Shown one piece after another: positions 13,801-26,302 of a DNA stretch of 64,000 bases. The stretch's first letter is position 1. Each line of letters begins with the position of its first letter. The notes below the pieces were generated by a model. That model searched no databases, was not told where the DNA came from, and saw only the letters and a program-made list of their open reading frames with translations. The stretch is from Phoronis australis (Eukaryota; Animalia; Phoronida), in assembly GCA_002633005.1 (NCBI GenBank), contig NMRA01000296.1, forward strand, positions 1 through 64,000, read 5' to 3'. A program made the translations under genes and the position numbers.

Positions 13801-14399
13801 TTCTTTGAACAGCCAGTGCCTTGGTAAGGTATCCAAACAACGTTTGGCAATGTGCACTGAACTGTCGTTTTTATTTTAATTTTCAAGTTTTGGTTTTCCG
13901 CCTCTAAAATATTGCCGCTCCTTTGTCATTAACTTTCAATCACTGACTTCTCGTCTCTCAGATCGTCGAATTATTTTCGCACTAATAAGGTTTTTTGTCT
14001 AATTTGCGAACATTCAGGCTGATAGGGCTTTTTTCAATGTATTTTCGTTTGTTGTATTATGGCCACTGATTTGAAAATCTTCAAGGTATTGAGCTGTACA
14101 CTGCAGCATGAAACCCAAGCAACGATTACTTTATCTTCATAATTTTCGTCGTAAATCTTTCTTCTTTCGTTTTGGTTTAACGAAGGTCGTAGCTTATCTT
14201 TGGGGTATGGGTATGGCGTGTAAATAGACGAAAACATACATTTTGCCTCTGGTGTGATTCTTGTCAGTGGTCCTACAGAAATTTTAGTATACTGTCACTG
14301 TTCCCAATGTCAGATCTCGCATGTTGATGGTGTACTAATCAGCAAATGTCAAATAGTTTGACGAAAGGCCAAGTATCTAAAAGGCATAGAATAATGTTA

Positions 14400-14550
14400 T
14401 CAAATAGATGTTGAAATGCCGTGCAGTTATTGACAGATAAGAATATAAAATAGTAAAACAAAAACGACGAGCGTCGGTACTAAAATATATTAAAATATCT
14501 CCACGTTTCGAGTGATGAGCTCATTGTCAAGGTTGTGCTACAGACTGTAC
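14400..14550 (-). mobile_element. 151-bp Penelope pLTR-like insertion with 10-bp TSD and a variant hammerhead motif
   Basis: AATAATGTTA at 14390-14399 and 14551-14560; absent from the sister unit at ~13520; minus strand reads CC-TTGACAA-T-GAG-ctcatca-CTC-GAAA-CGT-GG. Confidence 0.75.
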
Positions 14551-16140
14551 AATAATGTTAAAAGGAAGTCAACCCCCTAGAAAATTGAAATGATATGATC
14601 TGAATTGAAAATTTCAAATAAAAAGGTGTGGGCCAAAATTATGAAATCGCGGTATTCATGACTCCAAAGGTTTGCAAGGAAACAAATCCATCAATCCAAA
14701 TATCCTCACAAGTCCGAGAGACCATTAGTTCGAAAGCTAAAAATTCGAAATTTCATGTTACGAGGTTCTGAACAGTGATTTCGATTTGTAAGCACGTGCC
14801 TCCCTGGAACCAATTCTTTCAAGAGCCAGTGCCTTGGTAAAGCATCCAAGCAAAGTTTGACAAAGTTCACTGAACTGTCGCTTTTATTGACATTTTCAAC
14901 TTTTGGAATAGAGCCACTAAAATTGTGTTGCTCCTCTGTCGTTGAAGTTTGAATCACTGGATTCTGGTCTCTTTAATTGTCGAACTGTTTTCGAACTAAT
15001 AAGCTTTTTGTCGAGTTTGTGAAACTGCGGCCCGATAGAGCTTTTTGTAAACCTTTTCGTTTGTAGTATAATGGGCACAGATTTGAAAACCTTAAAGGTT
15101 TTGAGCTTCACCCTATTTAATGCAGTATGAAACCAAGGCAACAATAGTTTACCTTCATAATTTTCGTCTGAAGAACTTCTTCGTCCGTTTTGGTTATTCG
15201 AGGATCGCAGCGCGTTGCTGGGGTATGGGTACTGCATGTGAACACACTAAACGAGTATTGAAAAAATTTACAAAGAATCGCCAAATCAACTGTTTTCAAT
15301 TTCTCACACGCAGATCAATTGAAAATCCTTGTCCTTACTCCGCCAGTAATTGATACCGGGAACCACAGCCTAGCTCCATCCCGTTGTGGCATCTGTAGAG
15401 GAATTCAAATAATGACATTTAGCATACATTTTGTGACTTCGAATGTCAGTTGGATTAATTGATGATGTTTTTAGGTTTGTTAGAACTGGTATTAGTATTT
15501 AATTGGAACTGTTGGAGGGATTATAATGTGTGTTTGCAGCAACGTTAATGCATAAGCAAGAAAAGCAACAAACGTCTAGTCCAAGCGAATGAAACTACAA
15601 TTGATAGATGGAAAGATCTACAGTCTATCTATTGGAATAAATTAGCGTCATCACGGCCAAAGCATTGATATATGAGGAGAACCCAGAGTAAGTACAACTA
15701 AAATACAGCTAACACTAGAAATGTATTTCAACGACCTGGACAGCACAGTGTTGTAACAGGTGGAGAACTGTAATTGCACGTGACAGCCAGTCCAAAATGT
15801 TATCAATAAGTAAAGTAACGCACCTCAGTCGTAGCTTGTGTATCGGGTAAGACAGCATCTCATGACGTACGCCCTCAAGGAAGAGCAAATTTCCTGGATT
15901 TTTTACTTTTCCTATTCTGGTGTCATTACATGGTGACGGTTCAGTGACATTTTTGTTCGCTGCCAGTGGTGGCAAGGACAGCGTCCTGCTACTTCGGATG
16001 CTGCGTGGCCCTAGAAAGTGTCCACATTTCTCTAATTTTAAAGGTTGATATCATAGAAATGGCAGTTCAGATTTTTGTTAAATCTCCCATGTTAATGGTA
16101 TACTGGTCAGCCGGTAGTTTGACGAAAGAACAAGTCCCTA

Positions 16141-17785
16141 AACAAGAGCAACGCGAGCGTTGAATTGCGCCCACGAATGCATCGCAAATGGTGTGCATTT
16201 AGGGTTATTTATTTGTATCATAAAAATGGCCACTATGGCGTAAAAACGTACAATCCATCCAAAAACGGGAACATGCCATATTTCATAAATATCTGTCAAG
16301 GAACTTCAGAGAAACAAAGGAAAACAGAATAACATGAAATTGCCACTTGTGGGCACAGCGTTCGTTGGATCCGCCTGAAAGTCGTCGTCTGTTGTTATCC
16401 TCATATAAATACAATTACTAAATTTAATAAAGATCCTGAAGTGGGTTTAGGAGATATCGCTATGGGCGCAAAACAAAACATAACTACCACAAGGAGGCGC
16501 CACACTAGTCAGTTGCCATCATCAAACGTCCTCCTTGCACTGAAGACATATACGCCAATTTTCAAAACTATCCCTAGAATGATTTCGTTGATAGAGGGAT
16601 GGACGCCAAAAACAAGATTTGAAAACAGCAAAAATGGCCACTAGGTCGCGCAAAATACCTCAATTCCATCCAAAAACATAGATGCCTATATTCACAACTT
16701 AATGAAAATCTGTTTTGGACCTTTGAAGGTACAGACTGGTAAACGTAATAAAACTAAAATTGCCACTAGGGGGCACACCAGTAGTCAGATCCGTCCGAAA
16801 GTCGTCGTCGTCCGTTATCAACATCATATAAATACACTCGCTAAATTAAATAACGATCCTGCAAACGGTTTAGGAGATGAAATCATGAGCGCAAAAAACA
16901 AAAGTGCCACAGGAGGCGCCACAGTAGTCAAAGTCGTCGGAAAATCTTCGTCAGCCGTCCAATTTATAGTAAAAACATACATGCCAATTTTCATAATTAT
17001 CCTGAAAGCGGTTTCGTTGATGGATGACTGGACGCCAAAAACAGACTCGAAAACAGTAAAAATGGCCACTAGATGGCGCAAACTAGGTCGAAAATGGAGA
17101 GATAGCGTCACTTAATTAACAGATGCGTGTATGCCAAATTTTATGAAAATACGTTGAGGACGTTTGAACACACAGAGGTAAACGTAAAAAACTAAAATTG
17201 CAAGTATGTGGCACACCAGTAGTCAGATCTGTCCAAAAGTCGTTGTCTTCCGTCGTCAACATCACATAAATACACTTCCTAAATTTATTAAAGATCCTGC
17301 GAACGGTTTAGGACATGCAGCCATAGGCGCAAAAAACTGCCATTAGGAAAATCATCGTCATACATGCCAATTTTCACAATCATCCTTTGAGCGGTTTGGT
17401 TGATGGAGGGGTGGACGCAAAAAACAAAATCGAAACCACCAAAACATGGCCACTAGGTGGCGCAAACTACTTCGAATCCATCCGAAAACGGAAAGTTAGC
17501 CTCATCTCACTGATAGGTGCCTATGTACCAATTTTTAGGAAAATCCGTTCAAAACTTTTGAAGTTACAGAGGTAAACGTAAAAAACTAAAATTGCCACCA
17601 GGGGTCACACCAATAGCAGGATCCGCCTGAAAGTTCGCTCATGCCGTCCCATCTACGGAAGGAACACATGTGCAAAACTTCCTGAACATACGTCCAGGTG
17701 TTTTGGAGCGGACGCCGGACTCCGAACGGATGGACGGAGATGACGGCATAATGAGTCCACATATAAATACGTTTGCCCATACAAA
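16141..17785 (-). mobile_element. Helentron-associated element (HINE/DINE-1-like) with ~4 internal ~400-430 bp tandem repeats
   Basis: AACAAGAG end, stem-loop caacgc-ga-gcgttg, subTIR attgcgcccac (16164-16174); atggccacta at ~16226, 16634, 17061, 17446; cggacgg tract; inserted at an A/T run with no TSD. Confidence 0.75.
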
Positions 17786-19701
17786 CTATAATCAGGTTCG
17801 AAAGAAGTTAATCCCCTCGAAACAATGAACCCATATGATGTGAATTGAAAACTACAAGTGAGAAAAATTGTGGGCGGAAGGTATGAAATTACGGAATTCA
17901 TGGCTCTGAAAGTTTACAAGTCGACAAATAAATCAATCCGAAGATCAACACAAGTCTGAAAGAATACTAGTTGTTTTACTATCAGTTTGATAGAGCTGTT
18001 TTTAGAAACGTTTTTATTTGCCTGATAGGGTATTTTAAAAAAATCATTCAATGTTACATACCTTGCCTTCATGCTTGCGAACCTTCGGAGTATCGAGCTC
18101 CATCTTATATATACTAATGTACTCTGACGTGCACGCTACTTTAAATTTCCTTCTTAATTTTAATCTTCGGTTGTTAATTTTCAGTTTTTCATGCTTCTTC
18201 TTCCGTCTTGGTTATCTGCGAGTCGGATCGTATCGTTGTGGCGTGGGCATGGTAAGTAAATAAACGAAAACGTTCATTAATAAAATTTACAAACAATCGA
18301 TAAATCAACTATTGTTTTCAATTTGCCATTCGGGAACTAATTCAAAAATCCTTATCCCTGCCACGGTTGTAATCGATCACAGGAACCACTGATCAGCTCA
18401 ATTTGATCTCGGCATTTGGAGAGGAATTCAAGTAACATCACTCAGCATGCATTTTGTGACCTTGAACGTCGTTTGGATTTATTCATGCTGTATTTCTTGA
18501 TATGTTAGGTTTGATGTTAGTATGTTAGTGCAATTGTTAGTCGGGATTAAAAAGAGTGTTAGTGTCATCGCGAATGTACCAGCAAGACAAGTAACAAACG
18601 CTTAGTGCAAGCAAATGGTAATAGATATGATGGATGGAGAGCTTTATCTATTCGAAGTACATGTGCGTCATCGCAACCCAAACACTAATACTTGAGTACA
18701 ACCCAATTATCTGGACACCATACATTTGTCACAGGTGGGTAACTGTAACTGTAAGTGTCAGCCAGACAAAATGTTATCAATAACGAAAGTTACACACCTC
18801 TATCATCCTTTATGTATCGGGTAAGACAGGATCTCATGCTGCACGCCCTCACGTAAGAGGTAACTCCTGGGATTTTTTACCTTTCCGACTCTGTTGTCAT
18901 TTTGTGTTGGTGATTCAACGACATCTTGGCCGGGTGCACAGCCAGTTGTGGCGAGGTCCTGTACGACCATAGAAAAAACGTCAACATTTCTCTAACTTTG
19001 AAGCTTCAAAATCGTGTGCATTTCTTAAACTTTGAAGTTTTATATCTCAGAAATAGCTGTCCAGATTTATGTAAAACTTCTAAATCCAAGATTTTAAACT
19101 CCGTTTACAAAAACAATTCAAAATAAAATCATGATATTTTAGAACATTACTAGTATTTGGAAATTACGTCTTGGAACATTTTCATCAAATGAAATTCGAA
19201 CTTGTTATCGATACCGTTGTTTTGCTATTACTGTGCTTTTTTCTTTTTCGCTAAATTTTACTTAAGGAAAATACTCTTGTGAGGCAATCATTATGAATAT
19301 TAGACAAGTAAAAACCGAAATTTCAAATTTTACTAGGGTTTCTAGTTTCCGATAATATAAACATTTAAGGAGTTGAAATATTTAATTTTGTAAAAATTTT
19401 AGCTAAAATGGCATACTTGGCAATAAAGTCCAATCAACCTTCGAGGACGAATTTAACATACATGAGCCGAGGTGAGTGTATTTCATATTGTGAAGTGTAC
19501 ATTGAAAGAAATTTGGTTAGGAAACAAAAAGATGCCCCAACAAACTTGTAACTGCAGTGTAAAACATTTTAAATGCTTTTTTCTCATGAAAGTTGAACGG
19601 TAATACACTTTTCAACTCTGCTGTCAGCCGCATTAGTGGTACTGCAGGTACTTTTTGATGCACTGTAACCCGTCGTGACGTCGTGGTCCTGTATGGTCCC
19701 G

Positions 19702-20072
19702 TAAGGATGATAAACCTTATATTGATGATGTCAACCAATCCAGTTTCTGTCACCTGCTTTGCATCTTTAGTGTCAATCTTCCAAAGTAAAAGCAGGAGCC
19801 AACTGAAAAAACTCGTACTTCCTATCTTATCAATTGCACGTTGTGGTCCTTGACCGGTGGCCTTTTCCAAAGGTGCTGTGTAACTTGCTAAAAACGTAGG
19901 TCACGCTTGCCCGTTTAGCAGAATTTGTTAGAAGTTTTCAAAATTTCCTCCAGACTTTTGAGGGTTGGCGATAATTAAGTTACAAAGCATTGTTTTGTTT
20001 CAGAGAACTGGATGGGGAAAGTCGTTTTTAGTGTGTGTAAGTAGGCCAAAACCGACTTTGGTATCCTTTTAA
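19702..20072. mobile_element. ~360 bp TTAA-site MITE (Kolobok-type), copy A
   Basis: Colinear with 58666-59024 (ttctgtcacctgc...gtcaatcttcca...gtttcagagaactggatggg...tttggtatcc.tttaa). Confidence 0.75.
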
Positions 20073-20142
20073 TGATAAACAAACGGCCCAGCTCTAGTAT
20101 ATAACAAATGACAAAGTCGCTAAAATAAAATACAGTAATTAA

Positions 20143-21478
20143 AGGCGAAGGCAGCCTTTTTTCATGTCATTTTTAGCACAAATAAGGTTCGTTGATTATC
20201 CCAGACACATTTTTCATTTAATTACAGCTTTTCGTAATTTGATTCATTTCTCGTCCTCTACTCCGGAAGTGACGTTTTGGGAGGCAAGAGTTTCGCGCCA
20301 ATTTCTTTTCATTATAGTCTGATTGTGAGAGCTGTCGAGTCAGTCATTGTTCTACCTCGGTTGTGATAAGTTCGGTCGTCGTTTTCTCTTGTTTACAAGT
20401 CAGTCAACATGCCACGCTGTTGCTGCGTGTCGGGATGTACTCATTTTCGTCTCACACGCGCTTTGGGTACCTTGCGTCGCTTTCCGAAGGATGACACACT
20501 TCGCCGTACTTGGCTAGCTCGTTCATGTTAAGAACGCAGCGCTACCCGTCCACGCAACGTACAAAGCAGTGGAGGGTTACCGAGTGTGTGGTAAGCATGT
20601 TCTGCCGTCAGAGTATGACAGATGTTTACGCTGAATTGATGAAGGTCCCTGTGAAACAACGCCTGAAGAAGAGTACCATACCGTCGCTGTTGATTCCCGG
20701 CAGTGCCCCGTCGCCAACCCCGAGAAGTGCGTTTTTAAAGCCAGAAGCCTCACGAGCTGTGGCCACTATATACAGTGACTGGAGTCACTTCATCTACTAT
20801 CACCCGTGCCTCCAAACGTACCCTATTGCGTGCAATTCCGGTAACTAGCAGTGATTCGCCCTGTGCTGTTACCTCTTGCCCAGAGCCTGTAAGCAGCCCT
20901 GCAGCGATGTTGAGTAGTGGGAGTGAATACAGGCCCAATTCGACACCCAGTGAAGAGGACAGTTCGTCATCCAATGAACAGATCGGTGACTCAGAGCCTA
21001 AGTTTGATAAGTTTATAGTGGACTTGTATTGGAGCTATTTGGAAGGTGCCAGGTGTGTGGCGAGGGAGTCACACGGCGGGATGTAAGCAGTTTGGGTGCT
21101 CAGATCATCCTCCAGTGGGAGTGTGTCGCGGGACACTCGGGCAAGTGGGACAGTTATTCCCCTGCACGTGGGACGATAATGAGTACGTCGCAGTACGCAG
21201 CAACAGCGTGGTACGTTGACTGACTCGTAAGCAAAAGCAAACGACGACCGAACTTATCACAACCGAGGTAGAACAATGACTGACTCGACTGCTCTCACAG
21301 TCAGACTATACGAAAAGAAATTGGCGCGAAATTCTTGCCTCCCAAAACGTCACTTCCGGAGTAGACGACGAGTACTTGATTAAATTACGAAAAGCAGTAA
21401 ATAAGTGAAAGATATGTCTGGGAAAATCAACGAACCTTATTTTTGCTAAAAATGACACAAAAAAGGTTGCCTTCGCCT
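20143..21478 (+). mobile_element. Non-autonomous Kolobok-type DNA transposon with ~260 bp TIRs and TTAA TSD
   Basis: TTAA|AGGCGAAGGCA...TGCCTTCGCCT|TTAA; inverted repeat 20143-~20400 vs ~21230-21478; THAP and transposase remnants inside. Confidence 0.88.
20409..21165 (+). pseudogene. THAP-domain plus Kolobok-type transposase N-terminal remnant (stop codon, frameshifts)
   Basis: MPRCCCVSGCTH...RRFPKDDTLRRTWLARSC*, then YRVCGKH, then LKKSTIPSL (AVPTIF box), then LFGRCQVCG...QWECVAGHSGKWDS. Confidence 0.85.
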
Positions 21479-21834
21479 TTAAGACTTAATGTAGTTCACT
21501 TCCGAGAAGGAAGATAATACAGGCGACCCAAACAGAGAGCCTATAGTGTATTTTATACTGACAAGATGTCCCAGTTATACAATTACCAACGCACTTTTTG
21601 AGAGACTGTGCTAAAACCAGTTGTGAAACCGTGTACTTGAATAAAGACATATTCCTGAAGTAAATTTTTCACTTCGCTTTTCCAAATAAAACAAGTGATT
21701 GATCAAGTTTTGATGGCTCAAATGAGTACACACATGTAGTCAAAACCGGTAACTGTCAGGATACTGATTTACAGCTGAACGGCACCATATCTTTGGCCCT
21801 GGTGTCATTCGTGTTTGTGGTCCTTCTGCACTTT

Positions 21835-22192
21835 CAAGGTACCTAAACTACACTGTCAACGGACTCATAAACACTGGGCACGGACGCATGAACACGACTC
21901 ACGGACCTGCAAACACCGTCCACTGACTCACAAACACGGGAACGGACTCACAAAACACGATCCACGCACTCAAATACACGAGACACGGACTCGTATTCCC
22001 GAGGAAACACGGGTCACGGACAAAATTGAGATGTCAGCTGACCCAGGAGTCCGTGACCCGTGTTTGGCGGTCCGTTAACCATGTTTCCTCGTACTATGAG
22101 TCCGTGTCCTGTGTATTTGGGTGCGTGGATCGTGTTTTGTGAGTCCGTTCCCGTGATTATGAGTCCGTTGACCGTGTAGTTTAGGTACCTTG
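21835..22192. mobile_element. Foldback MITE with ~21-bp internal subrepeats
   Basis: CAAGGTACCTAAACTACACTGTCAACGGACTCATAA...TTATGAGTCCGTTGACCGTGTAGTTTAGGTACCTTG; acggactcac-like subrepeats; interrupts a satellite unit. Confidence 0.85.
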
Positions 22193-23683
22193 ACGTTTTG
22201 TACACTGTAACTGCTCGCGACGTCAGGTGCCGTGGGTCAATGGTACACTAGTCAGCCAAAGTCCACTAGTTCGACGACTTGCCAAGACGCTAAAAAGTGC
22301 ACAATAAGAAGTGATCAACGCTAGGTTTCGAACAGTGATTTCGAGCAAAACGTTCAGGGATTTATTTGCACACGGCTGCTTGAAAATAGTTCTTCGAAGA
22401 GCCTGTGCCTGGGATCCAAACATGAAGTTGGGCGATTCACTGAGTTGCTGTGGTTACTTACATGTTCGAAGTATGGTTTATCGCCGCCAAAATTTTGCTG
22501 CTTGGCTGTCGTTGACTTTGAATCGCTGGTTTCTGGCATCATAGACCTTCGGATTAGTTTCAAACTAACTAGTTTTTTTCTTTCTGTCGGATTTGTGAAC
22601 GTTCGGCCTTATAATGCCTTTTTATTCATTTGTGTTATTATGAGAGTTCGAACGTGTGAACCTTTGGAGCCGAGCTGTACCCTATTTATAATACAGTATG
22701 ACACGCAAGCAACGTTAGATTACATAAACCACCTGTTAGATTATCTTCTTAATTTTCATCTTCCACCTTTCTTCCGTCTTGGTTATCCGTGGGTCGCAGC
22801 TTGTCGTTTATGTATGGGTATGGCATGCAAATAGACAAAAACGTGCAGGAAATGAAATTTACAGACAATCGGCAAATCAACTATTGTTTTCAAGTTGACA
22901 CTTCGAGATTAATTGAAACATCTACCAAGGCAGTTATCGATCACGGGAGCCATTGTTCTGATCCATATGTTGGGGGTCATCTTGATGTGTTCCCGTTTTA
23001 TGCATATCGGGATTCTACATATGTACGTGTCCCGGGTTCGGTATGAACAGTTTTCATTGCATCGGACGGAGTTCTATGTGTCCTGGTGTGGTAGCTGTGA
23101 TTGTCCCCCTGCAGAGAATGTCCTAGCTGCATGTATTTGAATGCCGTTGTACTGGCACGTTAATCAGTGGATTAGCCGGATGCTTCATTCAAATACACGC
23201 AAGCCGGACAATTTCTCTAGTTGGATAATGGCTACTTTCACATAGAGTTCTATGTGTCATTGGCCAGTGCTCGATGAGCCAAGAGAATTAACATACTCAA
23301 GTTCGCTGTTTGCGACCTAGCCGAAATCTCGAAAACTAAAGGCGCATTTTCAAGAAGTGAGCTAGCATTCCAAAATTCCAGGGGGCATTGCTTCATATGA
23401 CAACGACCAGAATCCAATGCAACTCAGGAGAATGCAGAAAATAACACGTTACTTTATTACTTGTTGAACTTATGCCCTAAATCAGGATCGAAATGTCATG
23501 TGGGCCTAAATGGCAAGTGTTGCTAAAACTTGCACACTCGTCCGCTTAGCGTCTGGACCTAGTTAGTATGTTAGTACAATTGTTAGTCGGAATTAGAAAG
23601 AGCGTTAAATTCAGCAAGTCAAGTAACAAACGTCTAGTTCAAGCTAATGATAATACATTTGATAGATGGATAGATTTATCCAT

Positions 23684-23685
<2 letters not shown>

Positions 23686-23731
<46 letters not shown>

Positions 23732-23850
23732 TCACTTATTGTACATCAAGGCTTTGCTTACTCATACAGAAATACATAAATTCAAATGTATATTCAGAGT
23801 ATTTATACGGACAGCAGTTCTTCTCTTAAAGCCATAGTCTTCTCAGTGAA
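23686..23850 (-). mobile_element. 165-bp 5'-truncated LINE 3' end with (ATT)n tail and 9-bp TSD
   Basis: TATCCATTT at 23677-23685 and 23851-23859; (TAA)n at 23686-23730; minus strand ends an ORF FTEKTMALREELLSV*. Confidence 0.8.
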
Positions 23851-23886
23851 TATCCATTTGAATAAATGTGCGTCATCACGACCCAA

Positions 23887-24101
23887 NNNNNNNNNNNNNN
23901 NNNNNNNNNNNNNNNNNNNNNNNNNNNNNNNNNNNNNNNNNNNNNNNNNNNNNNNNNNNNNNNNNNNNNNNNNNNNNNNNNNNNNNNNNNNNNNNNNNNN
24001 NNNNNNNNNNNNNNNNNNNNNNNNNNNNNNNNNNNNNNNNNNNNNNNNNNNNNNNNNNNNNNNNNNNNNNNNNNNNNNNNNNNNNNNNNNNNNNNNNNNN
24101 N
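23887..24101. other. Assembly gap (N run)
   Basis: 215 consecutive N. Confidence 1.
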
Positions 24102-24424
24102 AACATCAACAGACGCACGTGTACAACCTGGGAATCTCATTTATATTGAGAAGAAAATTGTTGAAGGCATTGTATTCATATGTCTTCACACAGGTCATAT
24201 GTTGGTCACATCACGTGAAGACGTGACAAACGTGTAAATTGTTACTGTGGCACAATTACTTTTCTATGCAATTTACCAAAAAAAAACAACTATCGAGTTT
24301 AACATTATGTAAAATTTGAGTATTTGTTTCAATACTACATTTGTCCAATGTTTCATTACAGAGCACGTGTCGGATCGAGTCTACACAGTCACTTGTCTTT
24401 GAAAGTTTATTATTGGAGTTCATA

Positions 24425-25115
24425 GTGATTATTTAAAAACCCAATGACTTTGCAGAATGTATCCATTCTAGTAATGACGATGGTATTCTTCTATGTCAAA
24501 ATGTTTCGGATGTGAAACTTTTGTGATATGCTTATGATATGGCTTTGTGTACTTAATCTCCAGTTAAACTGCAAAAACTACTGTGTGGTTTAAGTAAGAT
24601 CTGACAGGAATGGAGCGTGTCTGAAAATTTAGTGAAGACCACGGTTATGGTGTTTGGAAAGGGAGGTCCCTTGAGAAATTGCGAGATGTGGTATTTTGGA
24701 GGTGAAAAAATCGAAGTGATTTCCATGCCAGCTGCAAGTATCTTGGTGTTGTGTTCACGCCAAAGTTATTGTGGACTATGGCTGCTCAGACCCTGTCAGC
24801 TCAAGCCACGGAGGTAGCCATTACAGTCGACAACCTACAAAGAAGCTGGACCATTTTTCAACCACGTGCGGCTTTTCAGACATTTGATAAAATAATTTGC
24901 CCCAGCTCATGCTATGGAGCCGAAATATGGGACTTACAAGAATGCAACTGGTTAGAACAAGTGCAAATTAAATTTTGCAGGCGTGTATTGGGTGTAGCTA
25001 ATTCATGCTGAAACAATGCTGCACTGAGCGCATGTCGGCGGTTGCCGTTATTTACTAATCACTATGTTGCCGTGATCACGTATTGGTTTAAACTTCTCAA
25101 AATGCTTCCTCGCAT
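24425..25115 (+). pseudogene. Decayed non-LTR retrotransposon reverse transcriptase (RTE/RTEX-like)
   Basis: VKLL*YAYD (YADD remnant), LVKTTVMVFGKGG, CKYLGVVF, CYGAEIW, LEQVQIKFCRRVLGV, YWFKLL, with stops and frameshifts. Confidence 0.85.
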
Positions 25116-25174
25116 GACTTTGACCAAAATGGTCGGCACTCCCGAAATTGAGCCACATCACTTAGACTTATACA

Positions 25175-26302
25175 GCCGATTTCATCAAGGTGGTTTAAAA
25201 TTAAACCTGATAATCTCCATTTCATAAAGTGGCTAAGTTTTAGACCAGCGGTCTAGTAAAACCTGGTTTAACTCCTATTTAGACTGGTCTAAGTCAATTT
25301 TTATTTCACCAACGAAGTCTATATTCTTTAGATCTGTATTAAGATCTTAAACCACGTTTAACTTTAGACTTGGTCAGACCTAGGTTTAACTGTTAAATAT
25401 GACAGACTTGCATGATATAGGTGCAACTGAATGAGGCCGCGGTGTGCATTTACGACGCAGTTTTATAGCGAAAATGGACTATTTTCAATATTCAGTTTTA
25501 CGACGACACAAGATCAAACATAGCAGGGGCGGAACCACGACTTTTAAGGGCTGGGGGTCGGTCAAGGATTTTTTAAAAGGGGGGACCAAGTCAATAATTT
25601 GAAGATTATAGATTTGATTTCAATAAAATCAAGAAAAAGGGAGTCCGGACCCCTTGACCCCCTTGGATCCGCCTATGTGTAGACCGGTTCGTGCTGGATA
25701 GTGTCCTGCGGATTCTTACGACTGGTCGAGCAGGGCGTCATTGTCATAAGCGCTACGGGTTTGACTGAAGACAGTATTTTCTGATTCTTCTGAGTTCCAC
25801 CTCTATTGGTCTCCGATTTAATGTTGCCGGGAAGTGGTCTTGCCCCCCTTTTGACCGCGAAAAATAAACACCAAAACGGCACGGAAATAAATTTGGACAT
25901 TTATGATATTACGGCTAATCGTGAGCATGTACTTTAATGTGAGTATGCGTGTGTTGGTCACACACATTACATTTTTCCTCATGAGAAAAGCTTTTACACC
26001 TTTTTTGCAAATGTCTGCACTGATTCTACTAGTGTGTGCCATTGTATACCCACGTGATCAAGGTTTCATTGAAGCGCTTCAATAGTTTCTTTGTTGGGTT
26101 AATCCAGATCGACACAGCAGGGTGGCTTTGATACTTTAAACCTGGTTTTACTAAACCGGCTCCCTGGTCTAACAAAACCAGGCTTTCAGACTTTTAAACC
26201 ACGTTGGTGAAATGCAAATTGGGTCTAGAATTAGACCAGGTGTAGGAAGACCAGGTTTAAGTTTTAAACTTGGTTTTGTTAAACCACCTTTATGAAAGCG
26301 GA
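25175..26302. mobile_element. Non-autonomous TIR element (PIF/Harbinger-like MITE) with aaacctggtttt-type subrepeats
   Basis: ccgatttcatcaaggtggtttaa ... ttaaaccacctttatgaaagcgg inverted termini; superfamily inferred from terminal style only. Confidence 0.65.
25524..25677. mobile_element. Short GC-rich MITE (CAGGGGCGGA...TCCGCCTATG) nested in the previous element
   Basis: Inverted termini; related copy at ~47972-48112 (caagagcggatccagg...aaatccggaaatg). Confidence 0.7.

Larger units (their letters stand above)
2640..23886. repeat. Degenerate head-to-tail macrosatellite, ~2 kb core unit, roughly 8-10 partial or complete copies
   Basis: Marker motifs recur in the same order: gggtatggcgtgtaaatagac-like (~3055, 4775, 7806, 9893, 11810, 12146, 14209, 15226, 18245, 22816), cgggattagaaagagcg-like (~3254, 5047, 7940, 12437, 18542, 23588), tgtgcgtcatcac-like (~3365, 5167, 8060, 15644, 18662, 23867). 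Confidence 0.9.

Noticed and set aside
9820-15240. Minus-strand satellite block reading PYPYPNDTLRPTDNQNGRR..., like a repeated amidated neuropeptide exon
   Set aside because: Most copies have stops or frameshifts and lack an AG acceptor (acacg); no sign of frame conservation
16702-17115. 137-aa ORF
   Set aside because: Lies in the HINE internal repeat; the frame is broken in neighbouring repeat copies
21860-22000. Regularly spaced ~21-bp repeats resembling a CRISPR array
   Set aside because: No unique spacers, eukaryotic context, and they are subrepeats inside a foldback MITE
23786-24237. Several ORFs of 80-146 aa
   Set aside because: Artefacts of reading through the N gap
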